This document shows, one piece after another, positions 38,167 through 46,983 of a DNA stretch of 64,000 nucleotides. Each line of letters starts with the position of its first letter. Position 1 is the first letter of the stretch. The notes beneath the pieces are model-generated. The model made no database searches. It was not told the DNA's origin and saw nothing but the letters and a program-made list of their open reading frames with translations. The stretch is from an uncultured Pseudomonadales bacterium (lineage in GTDB: Bacteria > Patescibacteriota > Microgenomatia > UBA1400 > PJMF01): contig CAZKVV010000003.1 in assembly GCA_964556485.1 (NCBI GenBank), positions 56,610 through 120,609 on the forward strand, given 5' to 3'. Both the position numbers and the translations under genes were made by a program.

Positions 38167-38604
38167 ATGCAATTGAGTATTTTTACAGATGGTGGCTCTC
38201 GGGGTAATCCCGGTCATTCTGCTGTTGGTGGAGTTGTTTTTGAGGTGTCAGCGGATGGTTCAAGCGCAACAGAACTCCACACTTTTGCAAACTATTTGGG
38301 TATTGGCACAAATAATGAGGCTGAATATAAAGCAGTCCTCCACTCTCTTGAATGGCTTGTTGCCTTTGAAAGCTTGAGTGCTGTAAAAGCAGTTGAATGG
38401 AGACTTGATTCACAGTTAGTGGTTAATCAACTTTCTAAGCGCTGGAAAATTAAAGAACCTCGAATGGCTGAATTAGCAGAAGCATGTTGGAAAAAAATAG
38501 CTTCCCTTTCTGTCAAATGTTCGTTTTCCTATGTTCCACGTGCAGAAAATAAACAAGCCGACGCGCTCGTTAATCAAGCATTAGACGCTCACATCGCCGA
38601 GTAG
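38167..38604 (+). CDS. rnhA: Ribonuclease HI
   Basis: FTDGGSRGNPG, TNNEAEY, DSQLVVNQ and VPRAENKQAD motifs. Confidence 0.93.
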   Translation: MQLSIFTDGGSRGNPGHSAVGGVVFEVSADGSSATELHTFANYLGIGTNNEAEYKAVLHSLEWLVAFESLSAVKAVEWRLDSQLVVNQLSKRWKIKEPRMAELAEACWKKIASLSVKCSFSYVPRAENKQADALVNQALDAHIAE

Positions 38605-38650
38605 TAATCTGCTCATTTCCCTTACCTCGTTTTGTAACCTACAATGATAG

Positions 38651-41647
38651 GTGAAAGAACGTATGGTGCCTCAGTTAGTTACACAACTAGACTCAGATGC
38701 GCCTCGAGTTTTGGTTATAGGAACTCGAGGTATCGTTTCTGCCGCCCTAGCCGATGCCATTACCAGCATTGGCTTGCAGGTAATTCAAATTGAACCTGCA
38801 GCACTATTCGCTCATTCAAATGAATTATATGCAGCCTACAAGTGCGTTTGGTTGGTTGATCCACTTACAGCTTTTTCGAGCGAATACGAAAATACCAAAG
38901 CCCTGCTCTCTCCCTACGGTGCTAAGACGGTACTGATTGTTCCCATCACTGACGGCTTGTCAGCAGGTTTGTTTGAAAACAGATATCAGGCTTGGAAACA
39001 ATCTACTTCGCTACAACAGCGCGTCATTCTTGACTTGAATAGTGAATTTCCTAGTTCAATGTTTGTATTTGCTCATGATCTAGTGCATACCAGCAGTTTT
39101 TCACTCGCTTACTGTAGCGGAGACATTGATCAAGGAGTTCTACTCGATCCGCAGCACAGCTTTTGTGTACAAACCCCCCACGACTTTTCCCAAGCGGTTT
39201 TGGAATATTTGTTTAGACCTATGGATAGTGGTAGTATTCACTTTAAAGGTACTCCTGTCGAGACAACCCTGCTAGTTTCTAAAGTTGCAGAGCTCTATGC
39301 CGCTTACTTTAGAAAACACGTGCATGTTCGGGTTGAGCAAGTTGCGGTGACCTCTGTCCTCCCCTTTGTAGTGACTGAAGTTGAAGTGACAGGAGCCTCA
39401 GCTTTCGAAGTGGTTGATGCTTTTGTTAGAAGTTTGCCCGTTCAGCAGGCTGTAGCTCCTCAAGTAGTAGAAATTATAACTGCAGAAGTAGTGAGCATTC
39501 CTGAACCACAGCAAGAATATGCTCCTCCAGAGCCAGTTGCTACTCAACCACCACCAATATTGCAACCTCAACCTGAATCTCCGCCCCCACAAACACCTCC
39601 ACAAACACAGCTAGTTCAACCAGAAATTCCCCAAGAAGAACAGCAATTTATTAGAGTGCCACCTAAACCTGTTATAGCTGCACAAAAACCTACCAAACCT
39701 AAAGAACTTGATATTAATCAAGAACTGCAAGCTATTTTTAAAACCCCTCGAGCAGTTGAGAAAATTTCTCGAGTAAAAGATATGGCTCACACCGAGATAG
39801 TGCAGACTAGCAAGTCAAAGCGCAAAAAAGTGCTTTTTTATGGAGGACTCGGTTTTATTAGCATTGGGTTTGCGGGGCTTTTCTTGATTGGTGTGTTTAT
39901 GGCGACGCAGTTTTTCTTAAAACAACAGCTATTAGCCGTAGCTAAGGTTGCTGTCGAGACCAATTCAATAGCTGAAGAAGAATGGAATGAACTACGAAAA
40001 ACAGCCTCATTTCTAGATTTACAAGCAACAGCATACGGATCTGTCTTCGACTTAGCGGTAGTCAGTGATGCTGAACACCTAATATCTGTTGCAACAGAGC
40101 TTTCGAACATGTCAACATTCCTAGCCCAAGCTCGTACAGACGTCATTTCGTTGTTTTTATTACTAGTGGACAGAACTAGTGGTGATCTACCCTCTCTTGC
40201 CCAAAAAATGACTTCAGAAGCCCAAACAGCGTACGAAAATCTTTCACTTGTGCAAGCAGGTCTGAGTACGATCTCATTCATGGGTGATTCGCAGGAAAAA
40301 CAGCAACTTATTGAAGCCTATGAAGAAAAAATAAACGAATTACGCAAGTCCTTGGTGCTGCAGCGACAAGTAACTCCTCTACTTGAGAAATTGTTTGGTG
40401 GCAGCGGCAAAAAAACCTATGCTTTAGTGCTGCAGAATAATCAAGAGTTGCGACCAACTGGTGGATTTATCCAGGCAGTAGCACTGCTTAATTTTGAAAA
40501 TGGCGCCTTAATTTCTCACAATGTGTACAGCAGTTATGAAATTGATGCAAAATTGTCAGGAACGGTGGTTCCTCCAGACGATTTGACTCGATTTTTAGGT
40601 GAACAACAGTGGTATTTTAGAGATAGCAACTGGAATCCAGATTTCGTAGCTTCATCTCAGAAAATGTCTTGGTTTATTGAAAGAGCGCTGGGTACGCAAG
40701 TTGATGGAATTGTTGCCGTCAATCTCGATTCTCTCTCAAGTCTGATTGATGCCCTTGGCCCAGTTGAGTTGAGTCAATACAACGAAATTTTGACTGGCAA
40801 AAACCTCAAGGAACGAATGGAGTTCCATTCCGAAGTTGTGTTGGTTGATGTTTCTCAAACAAAGGACTATGGTGTGTTGATCCTAGAACAAGTCGTAAAT
40901 AAAATACAAAATATTCATGAAGACAAAGTGGTTAGTTTTGTTACTTCTCTTGCTGAAGGACTAGATCAAAACCAGATTCTGGTATATGCAAAAGACCAAA
41001 TAGTACAAGAAACAATTGCCTCGATAAAATGGAGTGGTGCGTTGGTGAAGCCAGATTGTCCATCACAGTTTGCTTCTGAATCCTGTATTGTTGATGTGAT
41101 AGCCCAAGTAGCCTCAAATGTAGGGGTAAACAAAGCAAATTACTATCTTGAAGAAACGGTGGATCACGTGGTAACAATCACCCCAAGTGCTGCAGAACAT
41201 ACCCGCACTCTCAGAATTGAAAACACGGCACAATCTAACTCGTGGCCAAAAGGCGACTATAAAGCATATTATCGTTTTTATCTCTCCCCTTCTGCTAAAG
41301 TCTCTACCGTAGAAATAAATGGCCAACCACTTCCCGTTTCTCAGCGTATTGAACGCGTTGAACAAGGCAGAAGTTTAGTAGGATTTTTAGTGACGGTGCC
41401 GGTAAAAGGTCAGTCTGAAGTTGTGGTGCGCTACTCTGTTCCATTGCCTGAAAAAGAATCATTTGCGTATGCGTTTTTCGATCAAGTTCAACCTGGAACA
41501 TCAATAACAGAATCATTCACCTTGGTGCCAGCTGCAGGTCTAAGACCAGCATTAATTGCTCCACAGGCGGAAGTAACTCCTCGAGGCATAGTATTTGCTG
41601 CCAAAAAACAGAAATCACATGGGTTTTACGGCGTTGAGTTTAAGTAA
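38651..41647 (+). CDS. DUF4012-domain membrane protein with a degenerate Rossmann-like N-terminus and Pro-rich linker
   Basis: LQNNQELRPTGGFI, FRDSNWNPDF and NVGVNKANY motifs; single TM. Confidence 0.82.
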   Translation: MKERMVPQLVTQLDSDAPRVLVIGTRGIVSAALADAITSIGLQVIQIEPAALFAHSNELYAAYKCVWLVDPLTAFSSEYENTKALLSPYGAKTVLIVPITDGLSAGLFENRYQAWKQSTSLQQRVILDLNSEFPSSMFVFAHDLVHTSSFSLAYCSGDIDQGVLLDPQHSFCVQTPHDFSQAVLEYLFRPMDSGSIHFKGTPVETTLLVSKVAELYAAYFRKHVHVRVEQVAVTSVLPFVVTEVEVTGASAFEVVDAFVRSLPVQQAVAPQVVEIITAEVVSIPEPQQEYAPPEPVATQPPPILQPQPESPPPQTPPQTQLVQPEIPQEEQQFIRVPPKPVIAAQKPTKPKELDINQELQAIFKTPRAVEKISRVKDMAHTEIVQTSKSKRKKVLFYGGLGFISIGFAGLFLIGVFMATQFFLKQQLLAVAKVAVETNSIAEEEWNELRKTASFLDLQATAYGSVFDLAVVSDAEHLISVATELSNMSTFLAQARTDVISLFLLLVDRTSGDLPSLAQKMTSEAQTAYENLSLVQAGLSTISFMGDSQEKQQLIEAYEEKINELRKSLVLQRQVTPLLEKLFGGSGKKTYALVLQNNQELRPTGGFIQAVALLNFENGALISHNVYSSYEIDAKLSGTVVPPDDLTRFLGEQQWYFRDSNWNPDFVASSQKMSWFIERALGTQVDGIVAVNLDSLSSLIDALGPVELSQYNEILTGKNLKERMEFHSEVVLVDVSQTKDYGVLILEQVVNKIQNIHEDKVVSFVTSLAEGLDQNQILVYAKDQIVQETIASIKWSGALVKPDCPSQFASESCIVDVIAQVASNVGVNKANYYLEETVDHVVTITPSAAEHTRTLRIENTAQSNSWPKGDYKAYYRFYLSPSAKVSTVEINGQPLPVSQRIERVEQGRSLVGFLVTVPVKGQSEVVVRYSVPLPEKESFAYAFFDQVQPGTSITESFTLVPAAGLRPALIAPQAEVTPRGIVFAAKKQKSHGFYGVEFK

Positions 41648-41653
41648 GTGAGT

Positions 41654-42325
41654 TTATTCGGCTTTACTTGAATCACTTGATTGTTCTGAATCACCACTCT
41701 TTTCTGATTCAGCAGTAGGTTCCACCGAAGATTCTGAAGGAGTCTCTTCTTCAACTTCTTCTTTAAGAGCTTGGAGCACAACGACTACTTCAGCAGCTGG
41801 ATCGATTTCTTCATCAAGAACAAGTTCAACCTTGCTTCGATCGTAAGAAAGATCAGCTAACGTGATAGTTTGGTCAACTTCAGTGAGTGTAGTGATATCA
41901 ATTTCAAAGTGCTCTGGCAAGTTTGCTGGGAGCGCTTCGACTTCAACTTCATTTTTAACGAGTGAGACTACTGTATCTGGGATGTTATTCTCGCCAACAA
42001 GTACGACTGGTACTGCAGCAGTAATTTTCACCTTAAGATTAACTCTTTTAAATGCCACGTGTTGAATGATTCTTGAAACTGAACCGTAGTCGACTTCATC
42101 AACAAGTGCTGGCTGTTCTTTTTCGCCATCAATTGAAAGATAAAAAAGTCCAGTGTCACCTTGTTTGTTGTAAAGTTTAATAAATGCGTTTGTATCAATG
42201 CTTATTGCTTGTGAATCGGTGCTCAAACCATACACGTTTGCTACTGTTTTTCCGAGAGCTCTTATTTTTTTGGCTTTGATAGCTGTGTCTCTAGTTTGTA
42301 CGTTGAAGGTGACTTTATCCGTCAT
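41654..42325 (-). CDS. rplY: 50S ribosomal protein L25/Ctc
   Basis: KKIR..G...ANVYG, HVAF.RV, VPVVLVGE and EVEALPANLP motifs; acidic tail. Confidence 0.93.
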   Translation of the reverse strand: MTDKVTFNVQTRDTAIKAKKIRALGKTVANVYGLSTDSQAISIDTNAFIKLYNKQGDTGLFYLSIDGEKEQPALVDEVDYGSVSRIIQHVAFKRVNLKVKITAAVPVVLVGENNIPDTVVSLVKNEVEVEALPANLPEHFEIDITTLTEVDQTITLADLSYDRSKVELVLDEEIDPAAEVVVVLQALKEEVEEETPSESSVEPTAESEKSGDSEQSSDSSKAE

Positions 42326-42436
42326 AAGTTGTATCCGTTTTTTTAGTTACTGATTATTTGATAACACTACCCCATTTTCACGAACTTGGGAAGTATTCAC
42401 GATATAGCACTATACAACTTTATAGGTCGTTGTCAA

Positions 42437-42859
42437 CTACTGGAGGGACTTAGATGAGATAAAAAGTGGATTATTAGGGTCAATTTTCTGCGCTTGTTGT
42501 AAAAAGAATATTGATTGATTCTCTTCTCCCACAGCCGAGTACAACTGAACGATGTTCAAAAGCACATCTCTGTGAGTGGGTTGCTGTTCTGCTATCCACA
42601 ACCATTTTTGCAGTTCTAATTGGGCTTCAGATCTGGTTACTTCAATTGGGATAAAGGTTTCATCACTGAAATGAGGCTCCTCTAACCCTTTCTCCACTGT
42701 CTGATATGAGTGCGAAAGTACTGCAAGTTCCCCACTCATGACGATAATTGTCAGTGAAGCGACTGAAAAAAGTGATAGTTTGAGTGGTTTTACATAACTC
42801 GCTCCCAATTGAACAAAAAATGATGCTATGTACCAACTCAATTTTATTTTGTAATGCAT
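42437..42859 (-). CDS. Small TM plus TPR-like protein
   Basis: Hydrophobic N-terminal segment; QPTHRDVLLN...LY...A.KIDPNN resembles a TPR helix pair. Confidence 0.55.
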   Translation of the reverse strand: MHYKIKLSWYIASFFVQLGASYVKPLKLSLFSVASLTIIVMSGELAVLSHSYQTVEKGLEEPHFSDETFIPIEVTRSEAQLELQKWLWIAEQQPTHRDVLLNIVQLYSAVGEENQSIFFLQQAQKIDPNNPLFISSKSLQ

Positions 42860-43143
42860 GTAGCTTTGATGCTGTTGTTTCGTGTTACATTGGTTAATCT
42901 GGAGTACCCAAAAAAGCCCGATAGAACAAGCAAAATTTCACGGGAAATATTTTATCATATTTTCCTTACAAAAACTGTGACAAATTCCGTTTTCCTCTGG
43001 AAACTGACCTCAAATTTTAAATTTTTTCATCCAAAATTAATTGCTAATCTGGAGTGAAAAGTACTAAAAAGTTAAAAGAATGTTTGAGGAAAAAACGACC
43101 CTAAGATTGAGAGATGAAAAATGCAAGAAAAAAGAATAAAAAA

Positions 43144-45402
43144 CTATTTAGGCCAGGAAGAAGTTGCGAGTAGAGAAGATTTTGTTGCCAGATTAGCAGC
43201 ATGGAGTTGTTGCCAAATTGCTTCAGTAACAAACGGCATAAAAGGGTGGAGTAGGGCAAGAAATGTCTTTAATCCCTCAAGTAGTACTGGGGTAGAAATG
43301 CGGTTTTCCTTGTTTTTTTCAATACAGTCATCACAAAACCAGTGCCAGAATTCATTAGTCACAAACTCTGCAGCCATACCAACTGAAAGTTTATTGAGTA
43401 GTTTTGTGGTTTCTTTAGTGACCTTGGTAAGGTGTTTCTCAAACGCTGCGTCATCTGGAGCGGCAGTGGTAGTTTGGTCATTTTCAGTTGTTTGAATCAC
43501 AAATCTCGAAGCATTCCACACCTTATTTGCTAAATTTCTGGCTGCCTTAAAGTCGGCATCACCAACAGATTTGTCTTGACCTGGAGTTGAACGTATCACC
43601 AGAGCCATGCGGAGCGCATCAGCCCCATAAGTAGAAACAACTTCGAGAGGATTAATAACATTGCCTTTACTCTTACTCATTTTCTGACCTTTGGTGTCGC
43701 GGATAAGGCCATGGAGGTATACATGGGTAAAGGGCGATTTTCCGGTCTTATAAATGCCAAGGAGCATCATTCTCATGACCCAGAAAGGCAAAATGTCATA
43801 TCCAGTTTCCATTACCGAAGTAGGGTAGAAACGATCAAAATCATTAGGCTGCGCATTTTGTAGCGTGACCACTGGCCATTGAGCTGATGAGAACCAAGTG
43901 TCAAAGGTGTCAGTTTCTGCTATCCATCGGCCAGATTCAGGTTGTGAAATTGAAACAGAGTAGGGGACTAAAGTATTTGCTTGCACTGTCTGAATGCCCG
44001 ACACAATGTCAGTCAGCCTGTGTGTTTTGAGTAATTCGAGGAGTGTTCCTTGAATATACGTCTTTTGGGCATCAAGAAATCCAGCGGTTATTTCAGACTC
44101 AAATCCGTCAATTTGATACCAAACCGGGATCTTGATTCCCCATACAATTTGGCGAGAGATGTTCCAATCTTTGAGATTGGCGAGCCAGTGGCGAAGAATT
44201 TTTTCCCGACCTGCGCCATGAATGGTAGTTTCTTTTGAATCGAGTGCTGTTAATGCTTTTTTAACCAAGTTGTTTTGTTTGTCTTGTACTTTGATGAAGA
44301 ATTGGGGAAGGGGTAGTGGCTCAATGACGCGTTTACAACGATAGCAGGTACCAACTCTATTTGAGTATTTGGTGTCAACATGGTCAATATGACCGGTTTC
44401 TTCTAGTTTTTTCACAATCGCTTTGCGGGCCTCAAGTACGGATAAACCGGCGAATTCACCAGCTAATGGAGTCATTTTTCCCTGTAAATTAATGGCAATT
44501 TGCATTGGTAAATCAAGCTTTTTTGCTATTTCAAAGTCGTTGGGATCATGGGCTGGAGTGAGCTTTACAATGCCTGTTCCAAATGCTGGATCAACATATT
44601 CATCGCCAATAATGGTCATTTCTGCATGGGTGAGGGGATTAAAAACTTTTTTGCCAATTAGGTGCTTTTTTGCAGTATCCTTGGGATTAACTGCTAGATG
44701 TGTATCAGCAAAAATCGGTTCAGGTCGCACGGTGGCAACAGTGATGAATTCTTCTGGATTTTCAACTAAAAAGTACTTTATATAATAGAGTGGAACCGTT
44801 TGGTCGGCGTGCAATACCTCGAGTTCTGAGTAACTAGTACCACATTTGGTGCAATAGTTAACAAGGCGAAAATCTCTATATACCAATCCATCTTTGTGTA
44901 ATTGCTGAAATGTTTTAAGCACAGAATTAACAATTTGTGGAGTAAGGGTAAATGAGAAACGACTCCAATCTGCACTAGCGCCTAGTTTTTTGATTTGACT
45001 TACAGCAACGTCAGAGTTTTCTTGGACATAGTCCCAAATCATCTGGTAGAGGGTAGCTCTGTCGAAGTTAAACCGACTTTTACCTTCTTTTGAAAGTTTT
45101 TTTTCAAACACAAACTGGGTTTCAATGCCAGCGTGATCGGTGCCTGGAATCCAGACAGTATCTTCACCTAACATCCTGTGATATCTAATGAGAATGTCCT
45201 CTATCGAAACAAACAACGCATGTCCCAGATGTAACGCATCATTGGCGTTGGGAGGTGGCATGATGATGCTGAAATGTTTTTTAGCAGGGGATTTTTTTGT
45301 GGCTGAATCGACAACAGCTACATCTGGGTTGAAAGCATTAGCTTTTTCCCATAGTTCATACATACGAGCTTCGAGCTCGTTAAAGGCATATTTGGACTCC
45401 AT
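43144..45402 (-). CDS. valS: Valine--tRNA ligase (C-terminally short)
   Basis: PPPNA...LHLGHA, GTDHAGI, DWNISRQIVWG, DTWFSS and KMSKS motifs. Confidence 0.96.
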   Translation of the reverse strand: MESKYAFNELEARMYELWEKANAFNPDVAVVDSATKKSPAKKHFSIIMPPPNANDALHLGHALFVSIEDILIRYHRMLGEDTVWIPGTDHAGIETQFVFEKKLSKEGKSRFNFDRATLYQMIWDYVQENSDVAVSQIKKLGASADWSRFSFTLTPQIVNSVLKTFQQLHKDGLVYRDFRLVNYCTKCGTSYSELEVLHADQTVPLYYIKYFLVENPEEFITVATVRPEPIFADTHLAVNPKDTAKKHLIGKKVFNPLTHAEMTIIGDEYVDPAFGTGIVKLTPAHDPNDFEIAKKLDLPMQIAINLQGKMTPLAGEFAGLSVLEARKAIVKKLEETGHIDHVDTKYSNRVGTCYRCKRVIEPLPLPQFFIKVQDKQNNLVKKALTALDSKETTIHGAGREKILRHWLANLKDWNISRQIVWGIKIPVWYQIDGFESEITAGFLDAQKTYIQGTLLELLKTHRLTDIVSGIQTVQANTLVPYSVSISQPESGRWIAETDTFDTWFSSAQWPVVTLQNAQPNDFDRFYPTSVMETGYDILPFWVMRMMLLGIYKTGKSPFTHVYLHGLIRDTKGQKMSKSKGNVINPLEVVSTYGADALRMALVIRSTPGQDKSVGDADFKAARNLANKVWNASRFVIQTTENDQTTTAAPDDAAFEKHLTKVTKETTKLLNKLSVGMAAEFVTNEFWHWFCDDCIEKNKENRISTPVLLEGLKTFLALLHPFMPFVTEAIWQQLHAANLATKSSLLATSSWPK

Positions 45403-45445
45403 GGGGGTATTTTAGCATAGCTAACTGGAGGCAACTCGATTGAAA

Positions 45446-45477
45446 TAAAAAAATGCGGGCTTTTTGCAAAGCCCGCA
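45446..45477 (-). terminator. Rho-independent terminator of the small-ORF transcript
   Basis: On the minus strand, GCGGGCTTT-GCAA-AAAGCCCGC followed by ATTTTTTT. Confidence 0.75.
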
Positions 45478-45501
45478 ATAGTCAGGATTGTTAACTACCT
45501 G

Positions 45502-45615
45502 CTAGCCGCAAGTAAAAGGCAGTAGACCATTTTGGATTGCAATTAGTGTTAAAACTGACCCTAACACCATACAAGTGCCTGCAAAAATGATCTCACCAAT
45601 GATCCATCGTTTCAT
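45502..45615 (-). CDS. 37-aa hydrophobic small protein (type I toxin-like)
   Basis: MKRWIIGEIIFAGTCMVLGSVLTLIAIQNGLLPFTCG; strong SD GAGGAGGTG; upstream TGnTATAAT (45684-45692); its own terminator. Confidence 0.6.
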   Translation of the reverse strand: MKRWIIGEIIFAGTCMVLGSVLTLIAIQNGLLPFTCG

Positions 45616-45779
45616 TCACACCTCCTCATTTTTTTTTGGAGGTAGTTGCATTACTACCTCGAGGTGAATAAATCTAGGCCGGTATTATAACAAGATTTGT
45701 TTCATTTGAAACAAATAACTTGAATTATGAGTAAAAACTACCTCTTTTCTTGACTAATAAATAGGAATAATATAAAAGT

Positions 45780-46604
45780 ATGCAAAATAGCCATAATCCA
45801 ACAGTACTAAGTACTCCACATGAAATGGAGCATGAGGAAGTCAAGCCATACACACATGTTTCTGAAAGTGGTGTATCTGAAAAAGTCGAACATTTCCACA
45901 AAAAGAAATTGAACTCTAAGAAAGCCAGGCTTTTGCTAGTGGGTCTTTTTTTTATTTTATTAGCTGTTGGTAGTGCTAGCGTGTTATACCTAGTACAAAC
46001 GAGCCAGGATCTAAGACAACAGGCATCAGGGCCCTATCCTTCACCAGTGCCAAAACAATGCAATGGTCAATGTACTACTAATGCTGATTGTACTACTGGT
46101 TATTGTCATCAAATAGCCCGCAGGGTAGGTGTTTGTAGAAACTATAGTTGCGCAAATGATTCTGATTGTATTTGTGCAGTTGTTTGTGAAGGACTTGCGA
46201 GTTGTCCCACAAGTCTCTCATTAAAGCCAATTAATTCGTGTGATGCTGCTTGTGAAGGCGCTAGATGTAACCTTAATTCACAGCCACATTGTGCGACACT
46301 TGATGGCGGAGTTGAAATATTGGGAGTAGGAACTGAATGCAATAAAGACGGAAGTGGAAAGGGGGTTTTGGTATATAAATATTCAGGATCTATGGAACAG
46401 AAACAGTTTGTAGTCACTGCTTGTATATCTGCAATTGGAAAAAACGATTGTTCTGCAGGAAATAACACTATTACAACTCAGTCTACTTCTTATGAACTAG
46501 CAATTCCTACAGGCAAGCAAGCAGAGGTCTCAGTTGCTGTCGAAGTCGTAGGATTGGGAATTCGCTCCAGTTCTCAAACTGAAAAAATGAAATGTAGTTA
46601 TTAG
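45780..46604 (+). CDS. Membrane-anchored Cys-rich surface protein
   Basis: TM, then the QTSQDLRQQA motif, then a Cys-rich region (CNGQCTTNADCTTGYC...CRNYSC....CIC). Confidence 0.72.
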   Translation: MQNSHNPTVLSTPHEMEHEEVKPYTHVSESGVSEKVEHFHKKKLNSKKARLLLVGLFFILLAVGSASVLYLVQTSQDLRQQASGPYPSPVPKQCNGQCTTNADCTTGYCHQIARRVGVCRNYSCANDSDCICAVVCEGLASCPTSLSLKPINSCDAACEGARCNLNSQPHCATLDGGVEILGVGTECNKDGSGKGVLVYKYSGSMEQKQFVVTACISAIGKNDCSAGNNTITTQSTSYELAIPTGKQAEVSVAVEVVGLGIRSSSQTEKMKCSY

Positions 46605-46649
46605 TGTATTAATGGAAGTATTATTACAACTCAGTTTTTGTTGAAATAA

Positions 46650-46778
46650 AGAAAAAGGGCGAACATTTGTTCGCCCATGTAAAGAGTTTTGTTTAAACGG
46701 CTTGCACACTTATGGGAATCGCATTGAATTCCCTAGTATGAAACCTTAATAGGTTTAAACAAAACTTTTATTTTCTAA
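46650..46778 (-). ncRNA. Candidate stand-alone structured small RNA (~130 nt)
   Basis: Consensus promoter TTGACA-17-TATACT (46813-46785); long hairpin (46681-46769); terminator GGGCGAAC/GTTCGCCC plus U-tract; no ORF. Confidence 0.55.
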
Positions 46779-46983
46779 GCTGAAAGTATACATTATTATG
46801 GGTTATTTGTCAATAGTATGAGTTGTTTTGAGATATTTGTAATAAATATATCCTGATTGGTGTGCCAATGTTGGTTTTCGTCATTGGAAAGAAATTACAC
46901 TCCATTTTCAACTGAAGTATAAGGGTGCTGATGTACTGTTCTTATATTTGGTCTAGGCGGTTTGTAGGTCATTCTTTCAGCTA

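Noticed and set aside
46650-46778. SRP RNA, tRNA or a known riboswitch
   Set aside because: No SRP domain IV motif, no cloverleaf, and no downstream gene on the same strand to regulate. Kept only as an unknown sRNA candidate.
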